Notes under the pieces: model-generated
What the model was told of the DNA's origin: nothing
Seen by the model: the letters and a program-made list of their open reading frames with translations, nothing else
Databases searched by the model: none
NCBI RefSeq assembly: GCF_025351285.1
Contig: NZ_JANXWG010000139.1
Coordinates: forward strand, 1,549 to 65,548
Direction: 5' to 3'
DNA: 64,000 nt
Source: Novosphingobium sp.
Lineage (GTDB): Bacteria > Pseudomonadota > Alphaproteobacteria > Sphingomonadales > Sphingomonadaceae
Part shown: positions 1-10,463 of the stretch, in pieces
Layout: each line of letters starts with the position of its first letter
Position numbering within the stretch: position 1 is the first letter of the stretch
Position numbers and translations under genes: made by a program

Positions 1-1
1 T

Positions 2-166
2 CGCGATGCGGCGGCGGACACATTGCTGGCAATGGTGGCAGCGGATCGCGCCTGGAACGAAGGCGCGGCGCGCGCGCGGTTGTTGCAGATTTTCGAAGCA
101 GTGGGCCTCGAGGACCCGTGGGTGGCTGCCAAGCGGCGGCGCTTGTCGACCGTGCTGTTCGGATGA
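2..166 (+). CDS. ybbN: C-terminal end of thioredoxin/TPR co-chaperone (YbbN/CnoX family), partial at window start
   Basis: Frame from nt 2 reads RDAAADTLLAMVAADRAWNEGAARARLLQIFEAVGLEDPWVAAKRRRLSTVLFG-stop(164-166). This matches the YbbN C-terminal TPR pattern, and ybbN followed by a Lon-N gene is a common alphaproteobacterial order. Confidence 0.8.
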   Translation, partial: RDAAADTLLAMVAADRAWNEGAARARLLQIFEAVGLEDPWVAAKRRRLSTVLFG

Positions 167-173
167 CCCGGAA

Positions 174-782
174 TTGACCCGGCTGTCGATCTTCCCGCTG
201 CAAGGCGCGCTGCTGTTCCCCGGACTGCACTTGCCGTTGCACCTGTTCGAACCGCGGTATCGCGCGCTGATTACCGATGCGCTGGCGCGCGACCGGCGGA
301 TCGCGATGATCCAACCGCAAGGCCCGGGCGACGATGCGCCGCTGTTCAACATCGGTTGCGTCGGCAAGATCGGCGAGTTCGAGGCGCTGGAGGATGGGCG
401 CTTCAACGTGATCCTTGAAGGCGTGGCGCGGTTCCGGCTGATCCGCGAGCTCGATGTGTCGACGCCGTTCCGCCAGATAGAGGGCGAATTGCTGACCGAT
501 CCCGCAGACGAGGCGCTGAGCGCGGTCGAACGCGCCAGTTTCGAGCGCGAGGCGCGGCGTTTTGCCATTGCGCAGGGCTATCAGGTCGATTGGGATTCTG
601 TGGCGCGGCTCGATGACGTGTCGCTGATCAACGGCGTCTCGCAGATCGCGCCGTTCGATGCCGCCGCCAAGCAGGCGTTGCTCGAAGCGCCCGATGTCCA
701 GACTCGCTGTGAATTGCTGGTGCAATTGCTGCAATTCTTTGGCCGCCACGATGGTGACGACAACCGCGTGACGCTTCAGTAA
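174..782 (+). CDS. LON peptidase substrate-binding (Lon-N/PUA-like) domain protein
   Basis: Probable TTG start at 174: MTRLSIFPLQGALLFPGLHLPLHLFEPRYRALITDAL..., which carries the typical Lon-N signature (IFPL..LLFPG..LPLHLFEPRY; GCVGKI; GRFNVILEGVARF). There is no AAA or protease domain. Confidence 0.88.
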   Translation: MTRLSIFPLQGALLFPGLHLPLHLFEPRYRALITDALARDRRIAMIQPQGPGDDAPLFNIGCVGKIGEFEALEDGRFNVILEGVARFRLIRELDVSTPFRQIEGELLTDPADEALSAVERASFEREARRFAIAQGYQVDWDSVARLDDVSLINGVSQIAPFDAAAKQALLEAPDVQTRCELLVQLLQFFGRHDGDDNRVTLQ

Positions 783-830
783 GGCACCTGCGAGCGGAAC
801 GAGCCGCGCAGACCGGGGCGGGTTTCTCAA

Positions 831-2285
831 ATGACAGCACAATCCGCTAGAAGCCGGCCGGGCGCGTGGGCCAAGGCCGATTGGCTGGTGTTGGCCGGTT
901 TGGCGCTTGTCGTGATCATCGCGCGCGCGCAGACGTTCGGCGATCCGGTACTGGGGTTCGACGAACAGTATTACCTGCTGGTCGCTGACCGCATGCTGCA
1001 CGGCGCGGTGCCCTATGTCGACATCTGGGACCGCAAGCCGATCGGGTTGTTCCTGCTTTACGCCGGCGCGATCGTGCCGGGTGGCGATCCATTCCTGAAC
1101 TACAAGCTGCTTGCCGCCGGCTTCGTGCTGGCGACGGCGGTGGTGATTTACCGCGCCGCGCGGCAGGATGCCGGCCGTTTCGGGGCGATCATTGCCGCGC
1201 TGCTTTATGTGCTGTGGCTGAACTTCATGGAAGGCGAAGGCGGTCAGGCGCCGGTGTTCTACAACCTGCCGGTGCTGCTGGCCGCGGTGCTGACGCGGCA
1301 AGCGGTGGTGGACGGCCGGAGGCTGGTGCGCGGGTGCCTGGCCCTGCTGCTGGTCGGGCTGGCGATCCAGCTCAAATACACGGCGATGTTCGAGGGGATC
1401 GCGTTCGGCCTGATGCTGCTGTGGGCGCAATTCCGCACGGATCGCGCGCTCGGCAGGCTGGCTGGATGCGCGGCAATCTGGATCGTTTGCGCACTGGCAC
1501 CGACGGCGGTGGCGTTCGCGGTTTATGCCGGCATGGGTCAGGCCGAGGCATTCTTGTTCGCCAATTTCCAGTCGATTTTCGGCCGGTTGCCCGATCCGGC
1601 GCTCGATCGGCTGGGCGGGTTTGCGGTGATCGTGGCCCTTACAATTCCGCTCGGCATCGTTGCGGCGCTCGAATGGCGCCGCACCCGCGCCCTGTCGTTC
1701 TGGCACATGTGGGCTGTGGCAGCGGCGCTGGGGATGCTCGCGGTCGGCAGCTTTCTCAGCCCGTCTTACGCGATGCCACTGCTCGCCCCGTTGTGCCTGA
1801 GCGCCGCCGCGTGGTTCGGCAATGCCCGCCGGGGACGGATCGTCGGCGCGGCGCTGGTTGCGCTGGGGCTGGTGGGCGGCGTGCTGGTGGTGCGGCAAGT
1901 GATCATCGGCAAAGGCACGCGCGATGAAGCCTTGCAGGTGGCCGCCGCCGCGCAGCCACGACAGGGCTGCATCTGGGTCTATGACGGCTATCCGGCGCTG
2001 TACCTGCTGACGCATTCGTGCGTGCCGACAAGGTGGGCCTTCCCCGGCCACCTCAACACGCTGGACGAAGCCTCGCCCGCCGCCATCGGTGTCGATCCGG
2101 TCAGCGAAGTCCGTCGCATATTGGCGACCCGGCCCGATGTGATCGTCGACAACGATCCGGCCTACCGGCTGGGCAACCGCGACACCCGCGCCGTGGTCGA
2201 GCGCGAGCTGGCGCGCAGTTACCGCCTCACTGCACGGGTCCAGACTGGGCCGGGTCGTTACCGGATGGTTTACCGGCTGAGGTGA
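831..2285 (+). CDS. Integral-membrane GT-C fold glycosyltransferase (ArnT/PMT-like)
   Basis: Many TM segments, an N-terminal periplasmic DE motif (GFDEQYYLLVADRMLHGAVPYVDIWDRKPIG), a QLKYT motif and a C-terminal periplasmic domain. Confidence 0.72.
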   Translation: MTAQSARSRPGAWAKADWLVLAGLALVVIIARAQTFGDPVLGFDEQYYLLVADRMLHGAVPYVDIWDRKPIGLFLLYAGAIVPGGDPFLNYKLLAAGFVLATAVVIYRAARQDAGRFGAIIAALLYVLWLNFMEGEGGQAPVFYNLPVLLAAVLTRQAVVDGRRLVRGCLALLLVGLAIQLKYTAMFEGIAFGLMLLWAQFRTDRALGRLAGCAAIWIVCALAPTAVAFAVYAGMGQAEAFLFANFQSIFGRLPDPALDRLGGFAVIVALTIPLGIVAALEWRRTRALSFWHMWAVAAALGMLAVGSFLSPSYAMPLLAPLCLSAAAWFGNARRGRIVGAALVALGLVGGVLVVRQVIIGKGTRDEALQVAAAAQPRQGCIWVYDGYPALYLLTHSCVPTRWAFPGHLNTLDEASPAAIGVDPVSEVRRILATRPDVIVDNDPAYRLGNRDTRAVVERELARSYRLTARVQTGPGRYRMVYRLR

Positions 2286-2420
2286 TCCCAGGCGGCACTT
2301 TCGGCCTTCCCGCCTGCCCGGTTTCCAAGAGCATCGCGCCGTGCCACAAGCGAAAGCATAAGGCTCCTCCGCCATAGCGCTGTCGTGCGCCTGGTGAGAG
2401 AAAACCGGGAGGGAACCAAC

Positions 2421-4034
2421 TTGGACGCCACGGCCGCATCGCATTCGGCGAAACCAGCAGCAGAACCGACGCACCACGATCTCAAGCTGATTGTCACGGT
2501 TTCGACGCTGGGCACGGTGTTCGAATGGTACGATTTCTACATCTACGCCACGCTGGCGCCGCTGTTCGCCAAGCTGTTTTTCCCCGGCAGCAGCCCCACC
2601 GCCGGGCTGTTGCTGGCGCTGGCCACCTTCGGCATCGGCTTTGCCGCGCGGCCGGTCGGCGGTGCGATCTTCGGCGCATTGGGTGATCGGATCGGGCGCA
2701 AGGTCAGCTTCCTCGTCACGATCACCATGATGGGGCTGGCCACCACCGCAATCGGCTTGATCGGCACGTATGCGCAGATCGGCATTGCCGCGCCGATCCT
2801 GCTGGTGCTGCTGCGCACCATTCAGGGGCTGGCGGTGGGCGGCCAGTACAGCGGTGCGGCGGTCTATGTGGCCGAACACGCCCCCACGCATCGGCGCGGC
2901 TTCACCACCGGCTTCCTGCAAACCGGGCCGGGGTTCGGCTTCATGTTGAGCATGCTCGCGGTGCTTGTCACCAGCGGATTGACCGGCGAGGAAGCGTGGG
3001 TTGCCTGGGGCTGGCGCATTCCGTTCATCCTCAGCCTGGGGCTGCTGGCGATCTCGATCTGGATGCGGCTGATGCTGTCGGAAAGCCCGGTGTTCGCGGC
3101 GATGGCCCAGGCCGGCGCCACCGCGCGGCACCCGTTGCGCGAAGCTTTCGCCACGCGCGCGCGTGTCGGTCGGGTGGTTGCGGCGATGATCGGCATTGCG
3201 GTCGGCCAGTCGGTGGCGGGCTATGTCGGCCTGATCCAGGCCATGAACTTCCTGACGACCGCCGTGCATATGGAGCCGTTCTCGATGCGGGTGATCCTGA
3301 TCGCATCGCTGGCGTTCGGCGGCGTGGCATCGTGGGCCGGGGGCTGGCTGTCGGATATCATCGGGCGCAAGCGCACTGCGGTGGCAGGCTACATCCTGTT
3401 CCTGGTGATCCTGTTCCCGCTGTTCACCACGCTGGGCAAAATGGCCAATCCTGGCCTCGCCGACGCGGTGCGCGCGGCGCCGGTGGTGGTGACGGGCAGC
3501 GATTGCCGCTTCAATCCGTTCACGCAGAAGCCCCAGCCCACCGCGTGCGGGCGCCTGCTCGATACGCTGACCAAGGCCGGCGCGCCTTACGCCAAACACA
3601 AAGCGGCGGCAGGCAGCGCACCGGTGCTGACCGTGGGCGGCGTGCGGGTTGCGCCCGACGACAAGCCCGCGATCACCGCCGCTCTGGCCAAGGCCGGCTA
3701 CACCACCCCGCCCGCACGGCCCGAGGCGGGCACCCTGCTGGCGATGCTGGCGCTGCTGTGCCTGTTGGGTGTTTCGACCGGGCTCGCCTATGGCCCGGTG
3801 GGCGCGTGGATGACCGAACTGTTCCCCGCGCGCACCCGCTATTCGTCGTTCGCGATCAGCTACAACTTCGGCGTAGGGATCTTCGCGGGGTTCATGCCGT
3901 TCATCGTCCAGACCATCGTGGCGCTGACCGGCAATCCGCTGGCGGGGCTGTGGTATCCGTTCACGATGGTAGCGATCGGCCTGACGGTGGCGGTGGTGTT
4001 CCTGCCCGAGACGCGCGGCAAACCGATCGATTAG
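2421..4034 (+). CDS. MFS metabolite:H+ symporter (MHS family)
   Basis: RBS GGGAGG then TTG at 2421. Motifs LGTVFEWYDFYIY, GDRIGRK, R..QGLAVGGQY.GA..YVAEHAP and ELFPARTRYS..; an extra Cys-containing loop lies in the C-terminal half. Confidence 0.9.
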   Translation: MDATAASHSAKPAAEPTHHDLKLIVTVSTLGTVFEWYDFYIYATLAPLFAKLFFPGSSPTAGLLLALATFGIGFAARPVGGAIFGALGDRIGRKVSFLVTITMMGLATTAIGLIGTYAQIGIAAPILLVLLRTIQGLAVGGQYSGAAVYVAEHAPTHRRGFTTGFLQTGPGFGFMLSMLAVLVTSGLTGEEAWVAWGWRIPFILSLGLLAISIWMRLMLSESPVFAAMAQAGATARHPLREAFATRARVGRVVAAMIGIAVGQSVAGYVGLIQAMNFLTTAVHMEPFSMRVILIASLAFGGVASWAGGWLSDIIGRKRTAVAGYILFLVILFPLFTTLGKMANPGLADAVRAAPVVVTGSDCRFNPFTQKPQPTACGRLLDTLTKAGAPYAKHKAAAGSAPVLTVGGVRVAPDDKPAITAALAKAGYTTPPARPEAGTLLAMLALLCLLGVSTGLAYGPVGAWMTELFPARTRYSSFAISYNFGVGIFAGFMPFIVQTIVALTGNPLAGLWYPFTMVAIGLTVAVVFLPETRGKPID

Positions 4035-4097
4035 TACTGGCAGCGCGTCCACCTGCTGCTATCTTCCGTCCGTACCGAAAGCCGGAGAATCCCGACC

Positions 4098-4988
4098 ATG
4101 TGCGACGACCTGACCGAAACTGACAACGCCAACTGGCTGGCCACCCACACGCTAGACCGCCGTGATTTTGCGGCGATCGGCGCCAGCGCGGCCGCGCTGG
4201 CGATGGCGCCCGGCAGCCACGCGCGTACGGCCACGCCGGCGCGCGGGCTGGCAACGCTGTCGCGCGCCGCCTTGATCAAGACGCCCGATGGTATTGCCGA
4301 CGGCGTGTTCATCACGCCCACCACCGGCAAGCACCCGGCGGTGATCATGTGGCCCGACATCGCCGGCTTGCGCGATGCCTACAAAACCATGGGCACCCGG
4401 CTAGCCGCCGCGGGATATGCGGTGCTGGTGGTCAACCAGTATTATCGCAACGCTCGCGCCCCGTTGCTCGCCAGTTTTGCCGAATGGACCACGCCTGCCG
4501 GCCAGGCCAGGCTTGGGCCGATGATTGCCGCGATCAAGCCCGCCGGCACCACCAGCGACGGCGCCGCATTCGTCAAATGGCTCGACGGCCAGAAGGAAGT
4601 CGATACCCGCCGCAAGATCGGCAGTTGCGGCTATTGCATGGGCGGACCGTTCACGGTGCGCACTGCGCTGGGCGCACCCGGCCGGGTTGGCGCCGCGTGT
4701 TCGTTCCACGGCGCCGCGCTGGTCAGCGATGCGGCCGACAGCCCGGTCAAGCTGCTCGGCCAGACCAAGGCCGCGTTCCTGTTTGCCATCGCGAAGAACG
4801 ACGACGCCCGCCAGCCCGACGCCAAGACCGCACTCCGCGCTGCTGCCGTCGCTGCACACCGCCCGGCCGAAGTAGAAGTCTACCCCGCCAACCACGGCTG
4901 GTGCACGATCGACTCGCCGGTCTACGATCACGCAGCGGCCGAGAAAGCGTGGGCGCGGATGCTGGCCACCTACAAGCAGTATCTGTGA
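4098..4988 (+). CDS. Dienelactone hydrolase family protein with twin-arginine signal
   Basis: DRRDFAAIGASAAALA Tat-like motif; WPDIAGLR, GYCMGG (Cys nucleophile), FHG and YPANHGW motifs of the DLH family. Confidence 0.88.
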   Translation: MCDDLTETDNANWLATHTLDRRDFAAIGASAAALAMAPGSHARTATPARGLATLSRAALIKTPDGIADGVFITPTTGKHPAVIMWPDIAGLRDAYKTMGTRLAAAGYAVLVVNQYYRNARAPLLASFAEWTTPAGQARLGPMIAAIKPAGTTSDGAAFVKWLDGQKEVDTRRKIGSCGYCMGGPFTVRTALGAPGRVGAACSFHGAALVSDAADSPVKLLGQTKAAFLFAIAKNDDARQPDAKTALRAAAVAAHRPAEVEVYPANHGWCTIDSPVYDHAAAEKAWARMLATYKQYL

Positions 4989-5112
4989 AGGCCTTGGATC
5001 GGATCTGAAATCAGCAGATCCCGTCATTCTGCAAAGCTGCTCCTCCGCCTGGTGTTGCATGGATAATGCACCTGGACGGCAATCGCACTGCGTGGCCGGT
5101 CTTGCCCCTACA

Positions 5113-5136
5113 CGCAGGTTGCATTTGCAACTTGCG
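5113..5136. promoter_or_regulatory. Near-perfect 24-bp palindrome upstream of the TonB-dependent receptor (candidate operator)
   Basis: CGCAGGTTGCA-TT-TGCAACTTGCG: 11-bp arms with one mismatch, about 115 bp upstream of the ATG at 5251. Confidence 0.45.
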
Positions 5137-5250
5137 GCTGTATTTGCGCAGTCCCTAGAGCGTGCTGACTACCCGTAAGGCAGCAGGCGCTTTTGGCAGG
5201 CCATTACGTCGGCTCAAGCACGGCGCGAAGCGGAGAGAGAGACTTTCACG

Positions 5251-8046
5251 ATGACCAAATTCGGATTCCACGCTGCCGGCGTTTCTGCCACGGCACTGCT
5301 TGTCGCACTCTCGACGCCCGCCTTGGCCCAGGATGCGGCGCCTGCTGCTCCCCAGGCCGATGCCGCAGCGGCCACAAACGAAATTCAGGATAGCGGCGCG
5401 CAGATTGTCGTCACGGCGCAAGGCCGCTCGCAGACCCTGGCCAGTGTACCGGTTGCGATTTCGGCGATCAGTTCCGAGACGCTCAAGAACAGCGGCGCGG
5501 TCGATATCCGCCAGCTCAACCAACTCGCCCCGTCGCTGCTCGTGTCGTCCACCGGCAGCGAAGCCAACGGTTCGGCACGCATTCGCGGCATCGGCACGGT
5601 CGGAGACAACCCCGGCCTCGAAAGCTCGGTGCCGGTATTCATCGACGGCGTCTATCGTTCGCGTTCGGGCATCGGGCTCAACGAACTGGGCGAGATCGAA
5701 CGGATCGAAGTCCAGCGCGGTCCGCAGGGCACATTGGGCGGACGCAATTCGTCGGCCGGCCTGATCAGCATCTATTCGAAGAAGCCTTCGTTCAACTTCG
5801 GCGCCACCGGCGAAGCAACGTACGGCAATTACAACTACGCCCGCGTTGCCGGTTCGGTAACCGGCCCCATCAGCGAAACGGTCGCTGCCCGCCTCGATGG
5901 CGTTTATGTCCGCCGCGACGGCTTCCTCAAGGACGTGACCAACAATATCGACGTCAACAACCGCGATCGCTTCTTCCTGCGCGGGCAGTTGCTGTTCCAA
6001 CCGAGCAGCGATTTTTCGGTGCGGCTGATCGGTGATTACACCTATCGCAACGAACGTTGCTGCGGCGCCAGCTATGTCGATGCCAGCGTCAATCCCTACA
6101 TCGGCAACCTCAACAACGCGTCGACCCCGCTTTCCCCGTTGCAGACCAACGGCAACAACATCATCAACGTGCTGCGCGATCTCGGCCAGCCGGTCGCTTC
6201 GTTCAACCAGGGCTACAGCCGCAATATCGATGTCTCGCCCGGTCGCAGCTTTGCCGGCAAGACCAAGGATTACGGCGCATCGGCCGAGATCAACTGGAAC
6301 CTCGGCGGCGCCAAGCTGACCTCGATCACGGCCTACCGTGAATACCGTTCGGGCCAGGGATCGGACACCGACTATGGCGCGGTCGATCTCCTTTACCGCG
6401 CGCCAAGTGCTGCGGCCTATCGCCAGTTCCACACGTTTACGCAGGAACTGCGGCTTCAAGGCAAGCTGTTCAACGACAAGCTGGACTGGTTGGTCGGCGG
6501 CTTCTACGCCAATGAAAAGTTGACCGCGACCGACAATCTGCGCTTCGGCAAGCAATACGGCCGCTTCGCCACCTGCCGCATCATCTCGGGCGGTGGCCTG
6601 GCCGGACTCTACTCGCCCACCAGCCCGTCATGTGTTGCTCCGGGCGTTGGACCGGCCACGCTGGCCGGCGCAACCGGCGCTTCCGGCCCCGACATCGTGG
6701 CAGCTTTCGCTGCGCTCGACGGGATCAGCGACAAGGGCTCGACGATCGATCGCTACTTCCAGGAAGACAACAACTTCGCGATCTTCACGCACAATATCGT
6801 GCACCTGACCGACAAGCTCGACTTGACGCTGGGCGGCCGCTACACCTTCGACAAGAAGAAGCTGAGCGCAACTTTCGGCAACGACAACACCGCCTGCACG
6901 ACGATCCAGGGCCTCGTGACCGACGATCTGGCGACGGGCAACGCCACCGCCCGCGCGCTCGCCGGCGCGCTGATCGGCCTCGGCTGCCAGGGCAACTCGA
7001 CCGCGGAACTGAACGGCGTTTCGATCAGTTCGTCGAAACCCCGCGAGCAGCGCTTCACCGGCACCGCGATCCTGTCATACAAGATCACCCCGCGGCTGCT
7101 GACGTACGCCAGCTTCTCGCGCGGCTACAAGGCGGGCGGGTTCAACCTCGATCGCTCGGCGCTGAAGCCACCCATCTTCGTGATTGGTGGCGTTCCGACG
7201 TCGACCTTTGCGGCGGCGGGCGGTGCGCAAGCGCTCGTCGGCAATCTCCAGTTCGATCCCGAACAGGTCAACGCTTACGAAATCGGCGCCAAGTACGCGT
7301 CGGGCCCGTTCAGCCTTTCGGCCACCGTGTTCCGCTCGGACTTCACCAACTTCCAGCTCAACACCTTCAACGGCTCGGTCTTCCTGGTGCAGACCATCAA
7401 CGGCTGCAAGACCAGCCTGGCCGGAGCCGATCGCGATCTCAGCGCGGCAACCGGCGCCTGTCCGGCCGGCCAGACCGGCTATGGCGTGCGCACCCAAGGG
7501 TTCGAGCTGGAATCGGTGCTGGCCCCCGCGCCCAACTTCCACGTGACCGCTGGCCTGACGTATGCCAGCACCAAGTACCGCAACGATCTGGTCGGCAACA
7601 AATCGGGCGCGCCGCTCGATCCGGCGCTGCGCCTGCTGCCCGGTTCCAACCTGTCGAACGCACCAAAGTACACGGTGACCGGCAGCGCTGCGTGGACCCC
7701 CGAGATCGGCACCAGCGGCTATTCGCTGCTGTTCTATGTCGATACCCGGTTGGTCAGCGACTACAACACCGGGTCTGACTTGTTCCCGCAGAAGGGCCAG
7801 GACAGCTTCGCGTTGATGAATGGCCGCGTCGGCCTGCGTGGCCCCAACGATCGCTTCGCGATCGAGATCTGGGCGCAGAACGTGTTCAACAAGCAGTACG
7901 CGCAAGTGGCGTTCAACTCGCCGTTCCAGGCCGGCACCACTTCGGCGCCGTTCGTCGATCCGCAGTACCCGGGTGGCCGCCAGATCTTCTCGCAGTTCCT
8001 GGCCGAACCCCGCACCTTCGGCGTGACCGTGCGCGGCAAGTTCTGA
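5251..8046 (+). CDS. TonB-dependent outer-membrane receptor
   Basis: Signal peptide (..ALA-QD), TonB-box-like IVVTAQGR, plug motifs (IRGIG, VPVFIDGVY, IERIEVQRGPQGTLGGRNSSAGLISI) and C-terminal PRTFGVTVRGKF ending in Phe. Confidence 0.95.
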   Translation: MTKFGFHAAGVSATALLVALSTPALAQDAAPAAPQADAAAATNEIQDSGAQIVVTAQGRSQTLASVPVAISAISSETLKNSGAVDIRQLNQLAPSLLVSSTGSEANGSARIRGIGTVGDNPGLESSVPVFIDGVYRSRSGIGLNELGEIERIEVQRGPQGTLGGRNSSAGLISIYSKKPSFNFGATGEATYGNYNYARVAGSVTGPISETVAARLDGVYVRRDGFLKDVTNNIDVNNRDRFFLRGQLLFQPSSDFSVRLIGDYTYRNERCCGASYVDASVNPYIGNLNNASTPLSPLQTNGNNIINVLRDLGQPVASFNQGYSRNIDVSPGRSFAGKTKDYGASAEINWNLGGAKLTSITAYREYRSGQGSDTDYGAVDLLYRAPSAAAYRQFHTFTQELRLQGKLFNDKLDWLVGGFYANEKLTATDNLRFGKQYGRFATCRIISGGGLAGLYSPTSPSCVAPGVGPATLAGATGASGPDIVAAFAALDGISDKGSTIDRYFQEDNNFAIFTHNIVHLTDKLDLTLGGRYTFDKKKLSATFGNDNTACTTIQGLVTDDLATGNATARALAGALIGLGCQGNSTAELNGVSISSSKPREQRFTGTAILSYKITPRLLTYASFSRGYKAGGFNLDRSALKPPIFVIGGVPTSTFAAAGGAQALVGNLQFDPEQVNAYEIGAKYASGPFSLSATVFRSDFTNFQLNTFNGSVFLVQTINGCKTSLAGADRDLSAATGACPAGQTGYGVRTQGFELESVLAPAPNFHVTAGLTYASTKYRNDLVGNKSGAPLDPALRLLPGSNLSNAPKYTVTGSAAWTPEIGTSGYSLLFYVDTRLVSDYNTGSDLFPQKGQDSFALMNGRVGLRGPNDRFAIEIWAQNVFNKQYAQVAFNSPFQAGTTSAPFVDPQYPGGRQIFSQFLAEPRTFGVTVRGKF

Positions 8047-8072
8047 TCTGCACCAGCGGTCGGGTTTGAATG

Positions 8073-8110
8073 ATCGGGGGCGGGACGCGAAATAGCGTCC
8101 CGCCCCCGAT
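8073..8110. terminator. Bidirectional intrinsic terminator between the convergent TBDR and ligC genes
   Basis: Perfect 16-bp stem ATCGGGGGCGGGACGC-gaaata-GCGTCCCGCCCCCGAT. Confidence 0.8.
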
Positions 8111-8131
8111 TGCGTTACGTTGGCAGCGCGG

Positions 8132-9079
8132 TCAGCGCGCGGCTTCGAGCTGCTTTTCCAGGTCGCCCAGCACGCGGTAGCAGTCGAGCACCTGGCTCAC
8201 CGATGAATTGGGTTCGCGGCCTTCGCGGATCGCGGCGATGAATTCGCGGTCCTGCAATTCGATGCCATTCATCGAGACTGCCACGTTGCTCACGTCGATC
8301 GGCTCTTCCTTGCCGGTGAACAGGTCGTCGTAGCGCGCGATATAGGTCGCGGTATCGCCGATGTAGCGGAAGAACGTGCCGAGCGGCCCGTCGTTGTTGA
8401 ACGACAGCGACAGCGTGCAGATCGCGCCGGTCTCGCTCTTGAGCTGGATCGACATGTCCATCGCGATGCCCAGATCGGGGTGGCTCGGGCCTTCGATCGC
8501 ATTCGCCGCGACGATCTTGCCGGCCTGGTAAGCGAACAGATCGACCGTGTGCGCGGCGTGGTGCCACAGCAGGTGGTCAGTCCACGACCGTGCTTCGCCC
8601 TTGGCGTTGATGTTGCGGCGGCGAAAGAAGTAGGTCTGCACGTCCATCTGCTGGATGGCGAACGCGCCCGCCTTGATGCGGTTGTGGATGTACTGGTGGC
8701 TGGGGTTGAAGCGGCGGGTGTGGCCGACCATGCACGTCAGCCCGGTGGCCTGCTGCCTGGCAACAACTGCCTCGGCATCGCCCCAGCTATCCGACAGCGG
8801 AATTTCGACCTGCACGTGCTTGCCCGCATCCATGCACATGATGGCCTGTTCGGCGTGCATCTGCGTGGGAGTGCACAGGATCACCGCATCGACATCGTCG
8901 CGGGCAAGCGCGTCCGCAAGCTCGGTCGACGAGTGCTTGGCGCCGTACTTGGCGGCCACTGCGGCGGCCTGTTCGCCGGTGCGGCTGATGATCGAGGTGA
9001 TTTCCACGCCATCGATCTTTTTCAGGCCATCGAGGTGCTTTTCGCCAAACGCGCCGGCGCCGGCCAAGGCAATACGCAT
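8132..9079 (-). CDS. ligC: 4-carboxy-2-hydroxymuconate-6-semialdehyde dehydrogenase (Gfo/Idh/MocA family)
   Basis: Start MRIALAGAGAFGEKH at 9079; GKHVQVEIPL, VGHTRRFNPSHQ, RSWTDHLLWHHAAHTVD; lies directly downstream of ligAB. Confidence 0.93.
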   Translation of the reverse strand: MRIALAGAGAFGEKHLDGLKKIDGVEITSIISRTGEQAAAVAAKYGAKHSSTELADALARDDVDAVILCTPTQMHAEQAIMCMDAGKHVQVEIPLSDSWGDAEAVVARQQATGLTCMVGHTRRFNPSHQYIHNRIKAGAFAIQQMDVQTYFFRRRNINAKGEARSWTDHLLWHHAAHTVDLFAYQAGKIVAANAIEGPSHPDLGIAMDMSIQLKSETGAICTLSLSFNNDGPLGTFFRYIGDTATYIARYDDLFTGKEEPIDVSNVAVSMNGIELQDREFIAAIREGREPNSSVSQVLDCYRVLGDLEKQLEAAR

Positions 9080-9097
9080 GGTGTGGTCTCCGTAGTC

Positions 9098-9205
9098 CCC
9101 CGCCCGCTTGCGGGAGGGGTTAGGGGTGGGTACCCGCAATGAGGGCTTGTGGCTGCGTGAGGGTAGAAGTGCCCACCCCCGCCCCCCTCCCGCAAGCGGG
9201 CGGGG
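9098..9205. repeat. REP/MITE-like palindromic element between ligB and ligC
   Basis: CCCCGCCCGCTTGCGGGAGGGG (9098-9119) and its exact reverse complement (9184-9205) bound the element. Each arm is itself a hairpin, and inner GGGGTGGG/CCCACCCC extends the symmetry. Confidence 0.85.
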
Positions 9206-9210
9206 TGAAA

Positions 9211-10459
<1,249 letters not shown>

Positions 10460-10463
<4 letters not shown>

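Noticed and set aside
6-173. N-terminal extension of the ORF-track protein 6..782
   Set aside because: It overlaps the real ybbN C-terminus in another frame; Lon-N homology starts at the TTG at 174.
5092-5106. TGGC...TTGC resembling a sigma54 promoter before the TBDR
   Set aside because: The GG-to-GC spacing is two bases too short for -24/-12.
5155-6555. 466-aa antisense ORF opposite the TBDR
   Set aside because: Shadow of a GC3-biased gene; no recognisable motifs or RBS.
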